Source: the human T2T-CHM13v2.0 reference genome, Homo sapiens. From it: DNA of 64,000 bases. Positions 1-19,018 of this stretch are shown one piece after another. The notes under the pieces are model-generated. The model was given only the letters and a program-made list of their open reading frames with translations, ran no database searches and had not been told where the DNA came from. Within the stretch, counting starts at the first letter, position 1. The number at the start of each line of letters is the position of its first letter. The position numbers and the translations under genes were made by a program. The stretch is from NCBI RefSeq assembly GCF_009914755.1, contig NC_060936.1; one strand, written 5' to 3'.

Positions 1-392
<392 letters not shown>

Positions 393-741
393 TTAAAATA
401 GAAAAATTCATTTAAAAGCAATTCTAAAACGAGACCAATTCTCTGAAATCAATCTATCTTCTGACCCCATGCTTCAAACATATTCCTGCTACAAATCACT
501 CAGTTTCCTAAAATTCTTGCAAATGGTCTACTTTAAATGTGGTTTTATTTTCTCTATATAAGGGTCTACAGTTCACTTTTTCTTCTTGAACTATAGAAGG
601 AAAAGATGGAAATATATATATTTTACTGGTACAAAAGTCATTTCAGGAGTATCTAGGGAGTTATAAATTTCATTACAAGTCCAATAATAATGAAACTTTC
701 ACATAATAAAAAGATGAATCCAAGTACCTGGATCACTATTA

Positions 742-1113
<372 letters not shown>

Positions 1114-2300
1114 TTATTATCTGGGGGAAAGAGTCATATTCATGCAAAGTAACTAAATAAATTTAAAGAAAACATACAGCAAATCAAGGAAATGGGTTAA
1201 ACAAAATCACGGCTACAATGCTTTCAATTATTTTGGCACCCTAAACTAAATATTTTTTTCCATATCCCAAAAAGGAAGTGAGTCAGCTTTCCTTAGTCTT
1301 TCCAATACATTTGTTCCATCCAAACCTAGGAATTGGAAATAAACCAACAGTTTATTGCAGTACTGGCATTTGTAAAATTAACATTCAAGAAAACAGCAAA
1401 GGTTTAAAGCTCTGGTCTCAGAATCTGGTTCACTTCTGAGTAAAATATTTTTATATACTTTTGAATATTAACTAATTTGAGTTTTTAATATGCTGAACTT
1501 ACTTTTTGACTTGTGTAATCAACTCTTCCTCAAAATAAGTTGCAGAAGTACATGAAAGGTAATTATAAATACTAAGCCTTTAACTGAAGTCAAAAGCAAA
1601 GCTTGAAAATGTATTTGGTCATATGGTCCAAGGGAGCATACTATATGGTAAGAACAACGACTCACCCCTTGATGTGTCCACTGGGCAATGAACACTACAC
1701 TACGCTACAACAATCTCTGTGAAATTTTAGAATAATTACTTTGCTGTTATTTTCCATTTTTGAGTTTTGCACTTTAATCTTACAGTAATCCTACAGTATA
1801 GGCTTTTTATAGATGAAGAGCCCAAAACACTACAAGAAATGTGAACAACTTATCTAATGTCTTCAAGCCAGTTAGATGACAGAGCTAGAACTAGAACCTA
1901 ATCCTTGGCCAAATGCCCTTTCAAGTAAACTAGTGAGGTGCTAGTTTTTGAGACTCTTGAATACTGGAACTAAAAAAGCACATCACATGCCAGCTCTCAC
2001 GAAATACCTGAGGACATATATTCACTCATCAGCCTGTCAGCTGATAGCTGACTTGGTAGCAATGTATGAACATGCTTTTCTGAAAACTGAAGGTGTCCTG
2101 CCTTTATATGCATTTGCACTTGTCATTTGACAGGCATGTGCACACCACAAGAGCCAAAGAGAAACAACTGTGAGAGAAATTTCATACTTGCCAGCAGCAA
2201 CCAATTAGTCCCAACTATTAAATTTATCTGTCTGGCAGCTAATGTTTAGAGCAAAGATCACCACAATATGTCAGTGCTGACTAGATGAATTACTAGCTAA

Positions 2301-2681
<381 letters not shown>

Positions 2682-3306
2682 TGTTGACTTCTTTTATAAG
2701 TGGAATTTTTCTTTAGATTTCAGATTTCTTAGCTGCCGGCTTTAAAAAATTTGCTGACTCTTGTAAAAAGGAACACTCGCCCTTGAAAAACATCATGTTG
2801 TGAACAGTTTATTCTATCTTGTAATAACAAAGCTACTGCCAGTTTATAATAATGATCAAACCAAACTATCCATTTTGAATTAATAAATACTCCAAAATAA
2901 AGCTTTTTAAATGTAGTTTTTTCTTAGCTCACAACATTGTTTCGGTGGGTTTACTTCAATAGGCTTGGAATCTAGTATAACTGGAAAGGAGTGCAAGCAA
3001 CTACAGATGGATAATACCTCTTGGTATATATACTTAACATATCAGTATACTCATCAGTAACATTTGATTATTAACCCATTCCCCTCTTTCTTCACCTAAA
3101 GTTAATTACGACAAGAGTAAAATTAGCTAATAATTATTCATTCAAATCAGCAAAATATCAATAGTGTTTTTAAAAGTTCATCTATCATTTAGTTCTCAGA
3201 TTCCTAATACGTATTATTTAAAACATTAAGAATATCATCTGTAACTATGCCATGTTCCCCGAAATGTACACTGCAGTTGCAAAGAATGCACATGTAAAGC
3301 TGTTTA

Positions 3307-3657
<351 letters not shown>

Positions 3658-4049
3658 CTATTAAAATTCACATAACTTGCAAGCACAGAAAAATTTGATG
3701 TCAATCTCTAATAAATGCAACTTCAAGTTTTACTGCCAATTCAGGGGAGAAATTTTAAAACTCTAATGCACCAAAAATTTATTCTACTAACAGCAGAATG
3801 ACTTTACTTTTAAAATTTATCAGTAATCAAGTGGAAAAGCTGTGACCACAATGCTACAGATCTTAATTAGTGGTCAATTTTCTAAAGGTGCTTAAGATTA
3901 TGGCAAGTCATCATGCCTACCATATAAATGAATGTAACCATTATACTACCATTATAGCACTGAGTCCCATAACACTTTTAAAAATCATAATTCAAACTAA
4001 TAATAGATACATCTTATCAAGTATTATCCTAAGTACGTTTTGTCCGTAG

Positions 4050-4418
<369 letters not shown>

Positions 4419-4966
4419 TAGAACATCACCCAATGCAAACCAAAATTTATTTATTTCATTTATTCACTTAATAAATTTAACTGAACACCATTAGAATCCA
4501 ACTCTGACTCCAACACCCCATGTTTTCGCATATTACAAAAAAGTTTACATGAGTTATCTGAAACAAGCCCAAAACAATCTGGAAGAAGAAAAGATTATTC
4601 TTCAGATTTATAGGTTGGGAGCTTCCTCTCTGGCTATCCTGGTATTCTTTTCAGTAACTATTCTAGGAAGAAGAAAATAAAGAATAACTCATTGTTGGCC
4701 TTTTCCGCCTCAGTCAGGCCCTAAAATTTTGTTTAAAGTAAATCACGAATTTTTTTTTAAAGTAAATCAACAGCCATTTTACGTGAAGCACACATTTCCT
4801 TACTCAGCTAATTGCAGAAAATGTCATTCATCATTTTCAAATGGAAGAAAGTAGAGGAAGACTATGGCTTGCAGATTTAAAACACTCTGGCAAAGTATCT
4901 GTATTAAAAAGCATCTAATAAAATACTGAATGGGCCTTTCCCTTCACTTAAAAACTTAAGGGTTTT

Positions 4967-5288
<322 letters not shown>

Positions 5289-5336
5289 TCAAACAATGAG
5301 GGAGGTGGGTCACAGCATGAAGATTCAGAAATTCTA

Positions 5337-5750
<414 letters not shown>

Positions 5751-6031
5751 TTACTTAAGCGTTTGGTTCACAAATGCCTATGATTATGTCTTGCTCCCAA
5801 TCTCAAGTTTCAATTCTAATATCACAAACAAGTAATATGCAGATTAATAGGGAGTAAAAGCATGGTGAAGTATTTTCCTTTAATACCACAGTAAGCTTTA
5901 AAGTAAGGTATATTATTCATACTATCAGACTGAATTCTTTTGATGAAGGTGTGCCTGTGCATGTGTATTCAGCCCTTCAATTCAAACTGGGTAGCTAGAG
6001 TAGTAAGTCAACGTTTAAAAGGTCCCTTCTC

Positions 6032-6034
<3 letters not shown>

Positions 6035-6079
<45 letters not shown>
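6035..6079. repeat. A45 mononucleotide run followed by a G-run
   Basis: Direct inspection. Confidence 0.97.
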
Positions 6080-6082
<3 letters not shown>

Positions 6083-6197
6083 GGGGGGGCAGTAAAGAAG
6101 GTTTCAAAATTGCCTCAAAACATCAATAATTTACACTGCTGACTATCTCCATCTTTTTTCATTCCTGGTTCCCATTTCTAAGAAAGCTTTGGAGTTA

Positions 6198-6461
<264 letters not shown>

Positions 6462-7939
6462 TTATTCTTCAGCTAAAAATAACAAATCCAACTGCCTGTT
6501 GTATAAAAATCCAAGAGTCATCTTGGTATTCCTATTACAATGCTTTCTCAAAATTACATGATGATTTTATAAAAATGATTTCAAATTTTCCATATAAGCC
6601 TCTATTTGACCACTTTTCCCCCCAATCTCATATTACTCTTCCTTCTAAAAATTCTGGCAACTTTAGATTATGCAACTCTTCTATTAAACAATTGTGGCAA
6701 AATTAAAAATACAGTATCATCACCTTAAGTTTGCACATTTGTTTTCAAATTATAATGTACCTTCATATACATTATTTTATCATATATTTTGTTTTATAAC
6801 ATCTTTTATTTTATCTTGAGAGCTTTGCCTATGGAAACTGAGATTCATGTAAGGTCACAGAGCTTGTAAACACAGTTGATGTCTTTTTCAGGACTTTTTC
6901 CACTTAGCATGCTTTTTATTTTGTTGTTGTTGTCAGTAACAACAAAAAACAGATAAAAGGGATCTCAATAAATCTCTCATTCCTCTGAGATTATAATCAC
7001 AAAAGTATCGGGATTATATGACACCCTCTCTGCATCTAAGTTTCAAGAAACTAGGATGTACCTTCTCTTTCCAACTACCTAATAGTAACATTATTAAATT
7101 CACTCTGGCATTCATACTGTATTCACAGTGCATTCACCATGCACTATTCAGTGTTGACTTACTTGGGATACCTTTATTGACATAATATAACTAATATTTG
7201 ATATTTACATATAAGATTATATCTGATACCTTTTTTGGGGGGGTAGGAGCAGATATTGTTCACATGTACATGTTTTTAGTATGAAATAACATTTCTAAAG
7301 GCTAATTTGCCCAGCACGCAGGCCCCTTTAAGTGACAGAAATGGTCTCAGGTAGGGACTTGAACACTGGGACTCTGGAAGGCTTGCTGCATCTTTCAGAA
7401 CAGAACAAGGTCTTCTCAGTTTCTACTGCAGCATTTCCAATTGCATTTCCAGGAACATGTACTGCTACCTCATCTAAAAGGTCATATACTTAACAGTGAA
7501 CCTATGTCCTGCATTAGGGAGAGTTCAATCATTCTATTAGGGAGCACCCAACACAGAGTGATAAATATTCTGTATTATACAATACAAAAATATTACTTTC
7601 TTATAAGTTTGTGGTATGTTAAAATATGCCTGATTCGGTTTTATTCTTAGATTTAATTCTATCTTATTTTGCATTATCTTACATTTAATAAATTACGCTA
7701 ATTTTGCTGATCTTTACATTCAAATGTTGGCTTTCCTATTAAAATTTGCTGGTGTAAAAGCATAAACTAGATGCCCAATATTAAACTTTTAAAGAATAAC
7801 ACTTATATTTCTACTTCTATTATGAGATCAACAAAATCTTTTCTCTTTCAGCTATATCACTTTCCAACATTTTTGTTTATTTTGATAAATAAATAGCTTA
7901 AACAAAAGATGGATGATTAAGTATGAATTAGGAAAATGA

Positions 7940-8225
7940 GGCTGGGTATGGTGGCTCATGCCTATAATCCCAGCACTTTGGAAGGCCAAGGCAGGAGGAG
8001 CACTTAAGCCTTGGGTTTCAAGACCAGCCTGGACAAAATGGCAAGGCCCTGTCTCTACAAAAATACCAAAAAATTAGTCAAGCATGGTGTGGTAAGCCTG
8101 TAGTCCTAGCTACTAGGGAGGCTAAAGCAGGCAGATTGCTTGAGCCCAGGAGTTTGAGGCTGCAGTGAGCTATAATCAAGCCACTGTACTCCAGCCTAAG
8201 TAACTCCAGCCTAGGAAAAAAATCT
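7940..8225 (+). mobile_element. Alu (AluJ-like)
   Basis: Diverged Alu; ACTCCAGCCTA duplicated at the 3' end. Confidence 0.9.
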
Positions 8226-8484
8226 TTAAAAAGACAGAAAATAGGTAAGAATGAAATTAAAAATCATTGTGAGAAAAATAATAAATGCCACAATTCTAAG
8301 ACCTTTTTAGTAAACATAATTCTGCATCTTCTATTTACCAGTTTCCCTTCATTCTTCTGTTCTCTAAAAAATTTCTCATGATCAGCAAACAGTATTGTGG
8401 CAGAAAGAGATTTGTATTTCAAATATAAGCTTTATCACTCAGTGGGTACCTTTAAGCAAGTCTCACAAATAAAATAGGGACAGC

Positions 8485-8804
<320 letters not shown>

Positions 8805-9891
8805 TTAGTTAAGGATCAAATAAAATAATGCTAAATATATAGCACAGTATTAGGTGCACTATCTGGTAAACACTGGTTCCTGTCCTTTAAAAATCATTTT
8901 ATTAAAATGCTTTAGTTCCTAAATGTAAACAGCTAAATGATTGTATTTAATTATTTAATGTAGTGCTTCAAAATAAAAATACATAAATATAAAAGAATAT
9001 ATGAAAATAAAAGACCAAAACAACCACTCACTGTTAAACTGAAGACAAAAACCAAGAGACCTTTATGTATCCTGAAACCAGTGGGAAACTACACAGCTAC
9101 AGCCTCCCATTTCCTACTCCCATTTTTATTGTTTACTTTTGCTAGTTAGATATAAAGTAACTAAAACAGTAAACAAAAAAGAACAAATATTTGACAATTT
9201 CATATGAGTACACTTTTGCTGCTCTGCCAGACCCCTAACTCACCTCCCCGCAAATCAAACAACATTAGTAAAGACATCTAGTAAATGCAAACCACCATGA
9301 TAGACCTGATGAATGCTGAGAAGTTTAGAACAGGGCCTCTTCCAGCTAATGTATTACAATCTAATTGGGGAGGTAAACGATATTTACATTAAAATTACAC
9401 ACATATCCCCTCTCTGTAAGTAATCAGGAAAAACTTCAGGAAATAATAGCAGTTGAAATTCATCTTGAAGAATTAGAATTTTGACAAAGAAAAAGAGAAA
9501 CAGATTTTCTAGAAAAAAAGAAATGAGTTAAGACACAGCAAAGCCAAGGATGCACACGACATGTTTGACTTTGAAAGAAATGCCTTGACTGAGATAGAAC
9601 GAACACATGGGGGACTCAAAGGATACAGCATCAAGCAGATACCACCCTATGGCAGGTATTAAATTCCAGGATAAGGAGAATTACAGAAAGCAAGAAGGTT
9701 CTGAAAGCACTTTAAGCAGGGTGACACAATAAACCCATGTTTCAGAAACACTTCATTTATCTCTGTCACCCTGTTCAGCTTGTGTTAAAGATAAATATCT
9801 TATTTTAAATGTAGAATTATGAAAAAAATAAATAAACCAATATAGAATTATGGTTAGCAAAATATTTTCAATTTCTGTGAGATGGCAAGAG

Positions 9892-10529
<638 letters not shown>

Positions 10530-11076
10530 AGAAATACTTTGCTCATCTTCACTTCAGTCCCTTGAGAAAACTGGGGTTTGGATCAGTGTTAATACTGCTC
10601 TAGATACAAGCAAGGGTCTCAGGAAGAAGAGAGCAAAGCAAACAATGAAAAGAAAAAGGTCTTCAGCAACATTTGCTGAAAGGACAACAAATGAAGACCA
10701 CGATCAAAGTATTAACAAGCTCAACAAAGGTATTAACAATGAAGGTATTAAGAATGGCACAGTGGCGAAGAACTCAAAATAGTTCCTGAGAAGGCACAAC
10801 TAATGATTTGGTTGCTTTACTCACTTGAGCACTAGTCCCTTCCAACCATTCCTTGTTCTCTCACTCGAAAAGCAAAAACTAAAAGGTCTTTTTTTGGTAA
10901 TGACGTAAATACAAAAGCAAGATCTATCAATTCATGTCTATTTCAAGTTAAGCAATGTAATTAAGATTTATTAAAGATTTTTTTAAAACCACGTTTTGTA
11001 AGCACACTGTTTCCTTTAATTCCTGATCTCCTTGTTCTCATCTGGTGTAGTTTTTACAATAGGTTTGGATCTAAAA

Positions 11077-11700
11077 CAGCACTGTCCAGGAGAAATATAA
11101 CACAAGCCACCAATGTAGGCCGTATGTGTCCATTTAAAATTTTCTAGTAGTCATATTAAAAAGTACAAAACATGCCAGGAGAATGTTTTCGCTCACACCT
11201 GTAATCCTAGCACTTTGGGAGTCCAAGGCGGGTGGATCACTTGAGGCCAGGAGTTCAAGACCAGCCTGGCCAACATGGTGAAGCCCCCTCTCTACTGAAA
11301 ATACAAAAATGAGCCAGGTGTGGAGATGCACACCTGTAATCCCAGCTAGTCGGTAGGCTGAGGCAGAATTGCTTGAACCTGAGAGGCAGAGGTTGCAGTG
11401 AGCTGACACCGCACCACTGCACTTCAGTCTGGGTGAAAGAATGAGACTCATCTCAAAAACAGTATAAAACAGTAGACAGAATTTTAATAGTATACTTTAT
11501 TTAATCTAACACATCCAAAATTCTTTTCTCTCAACCTGTAATCAATATTAAAATTTTATTAATGACATTTATGGTTTTTTTTTTAATACTAGGTCTCTTA
11601 GAATGTGTTTTACAATTAAAGTACATCCTAATTCAACCTAGGCACATTTTAAGTTCTGCAGAGCCACATGTAATTAGTGGCTACATATTGCACTGTGCTG
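11077..11700. mobile_element. hAT-Charlie MER3/MER33-like element interrupted by an Alu (about 11174-11460, +)
   Basis: CAGCACTGTCC... start and GCCACATGTAATTAGTGGCTAC...GTGCTG end. Confidence 0.75.
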
Positions 11701-11913
11701 GATTAGAGTCTTCAGAGTGGTGACTACATACAGCCTATAATAAAATTAATTGGTTCCTTTTTTAGTTTACATCACTGTCCCCTCTATACCTGTCACCTTC
11801 AGGCTTAGCTCAGATCGATCAGGCTCACTAAAGCTTCAAACAAATGTCTTTTATTTGGTCTTTCTTTCTTCCAAGCTATATACTATTTAATTCTAATATG
11901 AAGTTAAAATTAC

Positions 11914-11915
<2 letters not shown>

Positions 11916-11954
<39 letters not shown>
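11916..11954. repeat. (CA)19 microsatellite
   Basis: Direct inspection. Confidence 0.98.
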
Positions 11955-11957
<3 letters not shown>

Positions 11958-12356
11958 TTAGATGAAAAAAACTACTTTTTTTCTTCTTGTCACATTTGCA
12001 AGTTTACATATAAAACACTAGCTAAGAGGTTAGTTAGAAGGAGCAACAAAGACCTGATTCTTTCATTTATTTTAGGCTATGTCAAAAAGGAAGTATTAAG
12101 ACCATAGATATATTATTAGAAAACCCATTTCTGCCATCTCCTTAGCCCTCCCGCTTAAGACACGCTGCAGTCTAGATCAGCCATGTACTAACAATGGTTA
12201 AAACTAGGTAGTTCATGGTCGTCTCTACTCTGCTTTCTATACTCTGACATTTTCCATAATTTTTAAAAAATGAAGAGAAAAAGCTAAGAAGCAAGTCCAA
12301 GGACACACAAATAATAATGATGATGATAACTGCTGTTATTAATAAATGCTATTATT

Positions 12357-12672
12357 GGCCGAGCGCGGTGGCTCACGCCTGTAATCCCAGCACTTTGGGA
12401 GGCCAAGGAGGGCGGATCACCAGGTCAGGAGATCAAGACCATCCTGGCTAACATGGTGAAACTCCATCTCTACTAAAAACACACACACAAAAAACTAGCC
12501 AGGCGTGGTGGCGGGTGCCCGTAGTCCCAGCTACTCAGGAGGTTGAGGCAGGAGGATGGCGTGAACCCGGGAGGTGGAGCTTGCAGTGCACCGAGACTGT
12601 GCCACTGCACTCCAGCCTGGGCGACAGAGTGAAACTCAGTCTCAAAAAAAAATAAAATAAATAAATAAATAA
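12357..12672 (+). mobile_element. Alu (AluY-like)
   Basis: GAGATCAAGACCATCCTGGCTAAC and GGAGCTTGCAG diagnostics; TSD ATAAA(T/C)GCTATTAT. Confidence 0.93.
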
Positions 12673-14384
12673 ACGCTATTATCATTTTTGTTAGTATGGT
12701 ATAGAAAGGAATTATAAGGATCCTCCGAAGAGATTAAGGGATCACCAGCTTAAACAATATCTGACTGTGAGACTTTGCATCTAAACACACAGATAATGTA
12801 TTTTCCTTCACACAAAGTCCAATTTCTGAAATGTTTCCTTCCATTACTTTTGTAGAGGTGACACTATTAGAAAACTGACTTCTCCACTAAGTATTTCTCT
12901 TGTACCAGCCACACAATCTTTTTCTACCGGGCACAAGTTAACCATAGTGAAATAAGAACATGTTGCTCTGTCTTAAAGAAATCACTATTCCATTTCTCAT
13001 ATTCCTGTAAAAGTTTTGGACAGGTTACTAGGTCTATAAATACAGTTTAAGCTCCTTATGTTTAAAATAACACAAATCCTGGCAAAAGCTTGTTTGTATA
13101 TTCTGAACCCAGAACAAATGAACCACTTTAGGCAATTCCAAAAGATTACACTTATGCTTTAAAAACTGTGCCAATGTTAATTAAATCTGACAACTCTTAA
13201 GGGTGTACTTCACTGTATTACCTCAGAGTGGTTTAATTAGTTAAACTGAAATTAGGCTTCTGTCACTTCTAAAATCTAACTCCAAATCTGAACCAGAGTC
13301 TCCAGTGGTTTCAGCTGCTTTGACCACACTGTGGCACATTGGTTTAACATTCTGAAATATTCTAAACCACACTGAGAATATAGGCTACAAGAGGAAATAG
13401 ACGTGGGTTAACCATAACATTATCTGCACAAAGAAGAAGTAATGGCAAATCTTCTACAGACATCACATCCAGTTTTTGAGTCATTTCATCAGCTCATTAA
13501 ATGTCAAGACAGGACTGCCCATGCAATCTTGGAATGCAGCCAGTCTACTACCAAAATTGCTGCTATGCAACTTCACTTGACAAGACAAGTTCAAGGAACA
13601 GATGCAGGAGGACAACCAAGCAACCACCATAAAATGTGCTAGAGTTGGAATGCTATAAAGTTCTAGAAGAGAAACTCAAATTATGCCCAAAATGAACCAC
13701 TCCTCTTCTAATGTTCCAGACAATATCCAAAACAAGCAGTGAATTAAAAGCTTATACATAAGGAAGACAGATATGACTGAGGGTTGGGGAGCATATTTTT
13801 TCTGATACAACTTCATAGAACATAAAATATAATTTCACACAAATGGGATTTTAAAACACAGAATATTTATCCACGGAAATAACATTTCAATCATGCCAAA
13901 TCTCACTGAGATGACAAGTATAAAGAAATGCTTTGGACCCAGTAGGTGAAGTAAAGGGACACCACACACCTGTTTGAGAGAGAGGTAGGGGCAATTACAG
14001 TGCTATATTCAAAGCCTTTTAACCTACTTCAAGATACATTAAGTCTGAGTACATATAAGTGATTTTAAATATGAAAAGAATTGAAGTATCATAGTTACTC
14101 TGGGTAGTTTTATAATATTTTTTGCAAGGAATCAGGCATTGAATATTAAAGATTTGCAATTACTATGCTCTTTTTCTGTTAGAGCTAAAAATTGCTACTG
14201 TGACCAAAGCTTTCTAAAACCTGAATTACTCCAGGAAACGAAAAAATTGAGAACAGAGTTCCAGATGAAGGCATCATGATGACGAATGTCAACATCCTGG
14301 TCAATTATACTCAACTGCTTCATAAGACACTTCTGAAAGCCTCACTGTCCTGAGGCCCCAAAAACCTAATAGGGAAAAGATTAA

Positions 14385-14885
<501 letters not shown>

Positions 14886-15216
14886 TAATCAACTAGCAAT
14901 TTTCAAATAGGAATTCACAAATTTCATTGTTATGCGATGTACCCCAGACACAAAATAACACAACAGGCCAGCACCAGGTTTACAACTCAATGAACATTAA
15001 GTCCAAACTCCAGGTGCTCTGCTGAGTTGAGGAATCTAATGATGGAGTTTATCAATATCATTCTTCTCTGATCATATGTTATGAAGATTTGGGGAGAAAT
15101 ATATATCCATACTAACATACAGTACATGTTGTGTGGTAAAGTAGCACAAATGGGCAAATATTTAGGTATTTAAATTAGTTATTTTGAATATTTCTCAAAC
15201 TGAAGTATAATCAATC

Positions 15217-15512
<296 letters not shown>

Positions 15513-16144
15513 TCAAACTGAAGGTATAATCAATTTTAAGAAACACAATGTTACAAATTGGCAAAGATTCAAAAGGAAGTACTTGTTGATACTTGTCATA
15601 TTATCAGAACAGCCTTATCTCAACAATAGATTTATTATAATTTCTTAATGAGGAATTAATCTTACAAACCAACAGTAAAAAAAATTATCAACAGGTTCCT
15701 ATATGTTTTTAACAGTACAAAGGCTAAGATACCAGACAAAGAAACTCCTTTAAAAAAGAAGTTTGAATACTTGGGAAACAAATTTCCTTATTAGGGTATT
15801 GATGAAATAAAGGAAGTTATCATAGGAAAATGTAGCCCTGCAATTTCAGGCTTAGAATATGAAACAGAACATTCAGCAAATGCCAAGTTTTCAGTACACA
15901 TCATACAAAATAATACCTTCTTTATTCAAAAGTTCTTGGTACTAAAGGTTCTAATAAACCTTGTTTCTGTTTCCCAACAAAGGTGTGCCAGGTAAAATTA
16001 GATTTGTACAAAACTAGCTATGGACATTGTATCCTCTTAAAGTAGGGAAGCTTACTCTAAGATTTAAAGCAAATACACATGTTCTTACAGTAGACATGAA
16101 AATCTCTCTTTTTATCTATACTATCAGGTGTTGCTGCATTGTCA

Positions 16145-16855
<711 letters not shown>

Positions 16856-17931
16856 AAACTGTGAGAGAAATTTAGCATTGACAATACTATTGTTTTCAAT
16901 AAAACCAACTATTAGAAACACACTGACTTTGTCAATCAGTTAAATGGGTATATAACAAGAAAAGCAACCTCAAGAAAATTTAAGCTAATAGTACATTCTT
17001 AATTTTACACCATGGCAAAAATGCTTTAAACCTATAAATTATCAACGATATATCTTGGCTATTAGTAAGAAGTACTACAGGCCCTCAGTGCAACAAACGT
17101 TTTCAGCAGTAAAACCTGATCCTAAAAAAAAAAAAGGAATGCTGTTAAGAAACAAGGTTGTTCTGCCTACTGCAGGGTCATATAAAATAGAAATAAAGGC
17201 TTTTGATCTTTCCTCTATCAAAAACATGAAAATTATTCTTTCTGCTAATGCTTTAGTACTTATTATGGGAAGGCCCCACAACAATATAGTAAAAATCAGG
17301 AGGGGGGGTGGTGGCAGAAGTACTGTGCAGACAAGTAAACTAGGTTTGTCCACAAAAGGCAATGAAGTCATTTCAGCATAATGAAGAAGAGACATAAACA
17401 AGTACTAGCAGGCACCTTTTAAATTTTAACACCTACAGATAGGTGGCCACTATCACCTGACAAGTAGGGAAAACAGACATACCCTCACATATATGTTATT
17501 CTATTAAAGCAGGAGCCAAATACCACAACCATCTTTTAAAAAATGTGACATCATTAGCAATGCCCTACGCTCAATCCCTCCTTCCCGAAGCTTATTATAA
17601 ACCTGAGGTTAAATCTATTCATTCTTTCTACAACTCTGTACAATATAAAAACACATCTAATACCCAGAATTCCCCATTCCTTCTCCCTGGTTTCCCTAAT
17701 GTAGCCAGCATCTGGTCACATCACCACTTACAAAAGAGGAAGTGAGAAGCTGATCTAAAGAATTTCCACTAAGCGAGCAGGTAGCATAAATGAATGAACA
17801 CAGTGAGACTTTCCCATGTGATCCACTCAAGACACATAGGTTTACTAAGTCTTACCTTGCTATATAAATAATTTACCAAATAATTATCTTTTCTTTCCAA
17901 ATGTACTATAAACACATATACAACAGTGTGA

Positions 17932-18240
<309 letters not shown>

Positions 18241-18974
18241 AACCAAACAGACTCTTAAGTCTTTCAGAAGAGAACAGGGTTATCACAACCATAATCTGAT
18301 ACTCTGTTATAGTCCCAGCGAAAAGCAGCTTTCATTCTCAGGCATGACAAAAGCTAGGGAGCTTTCTAAGGAAAATGGGACTAGAAGGGAGAATGTCACC
18401 CAGACTGGGGTTAGATCAGTATCTGGAATCAGTTGCCACTAACAAAAGGCTAGCAAATACACTTCTTGGAAAAAGAGGGATTTTTAAAATTATACATCTT
18501 TGTAAAAGTTTTCAAGTTCACAGTATTATCAAATCAAGGGAGATGAAAAGCTGGTAGTAGCAGTTGCTCCTAGAATCACTACTAGTCTCAGGATGGAAAA
18601 CCCCAGATTTTCTCCCCGAGTTATGCAGGACTAATTTAGACGAAGAGCTGCACTCTTTCTTTAGTTTGCCAAGTATCAGATTTTACATCAACATAAGAAG
18701 AGAATAAATAACTATATGCTGTATTTCCTAGACGTGCCTATGTAAATAAAATGACAAAGGCTCTGATGTCCTAATAGTGAATTAGGACATCAGAATCTCC
18801 AGGGGAAATTATAAAGGGAGGTCTTCATGTATACAGAAGTAAATTTACCACAAACATCAATCTATAAAAAGGGGACAAAAAACAAACAGCAGTTGTGTTC
18901 CAGCAAACCTAGAAGGAGAAAGATGGATCTAAAAATAAGATTTATGGGTGACAGAGCCTTTGCAGATTAAAAGA

Positions 18975-19018
18975 ACGAATGAATGAAGGAACAAATGAAC
19001 GAATGAACGAATGAATGA
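18975..19018. repeat. Degenerate (GAAT)n repeat
   Basis: Direct inspection. Confidence 0.85.

Noticed and set aside
17055-17401. Overlapping 108-aa ORFs on both strands
   Set aside because: Low-complexity (A-run, G-run), no recognisable domain, non-ATG starts; expected by chance
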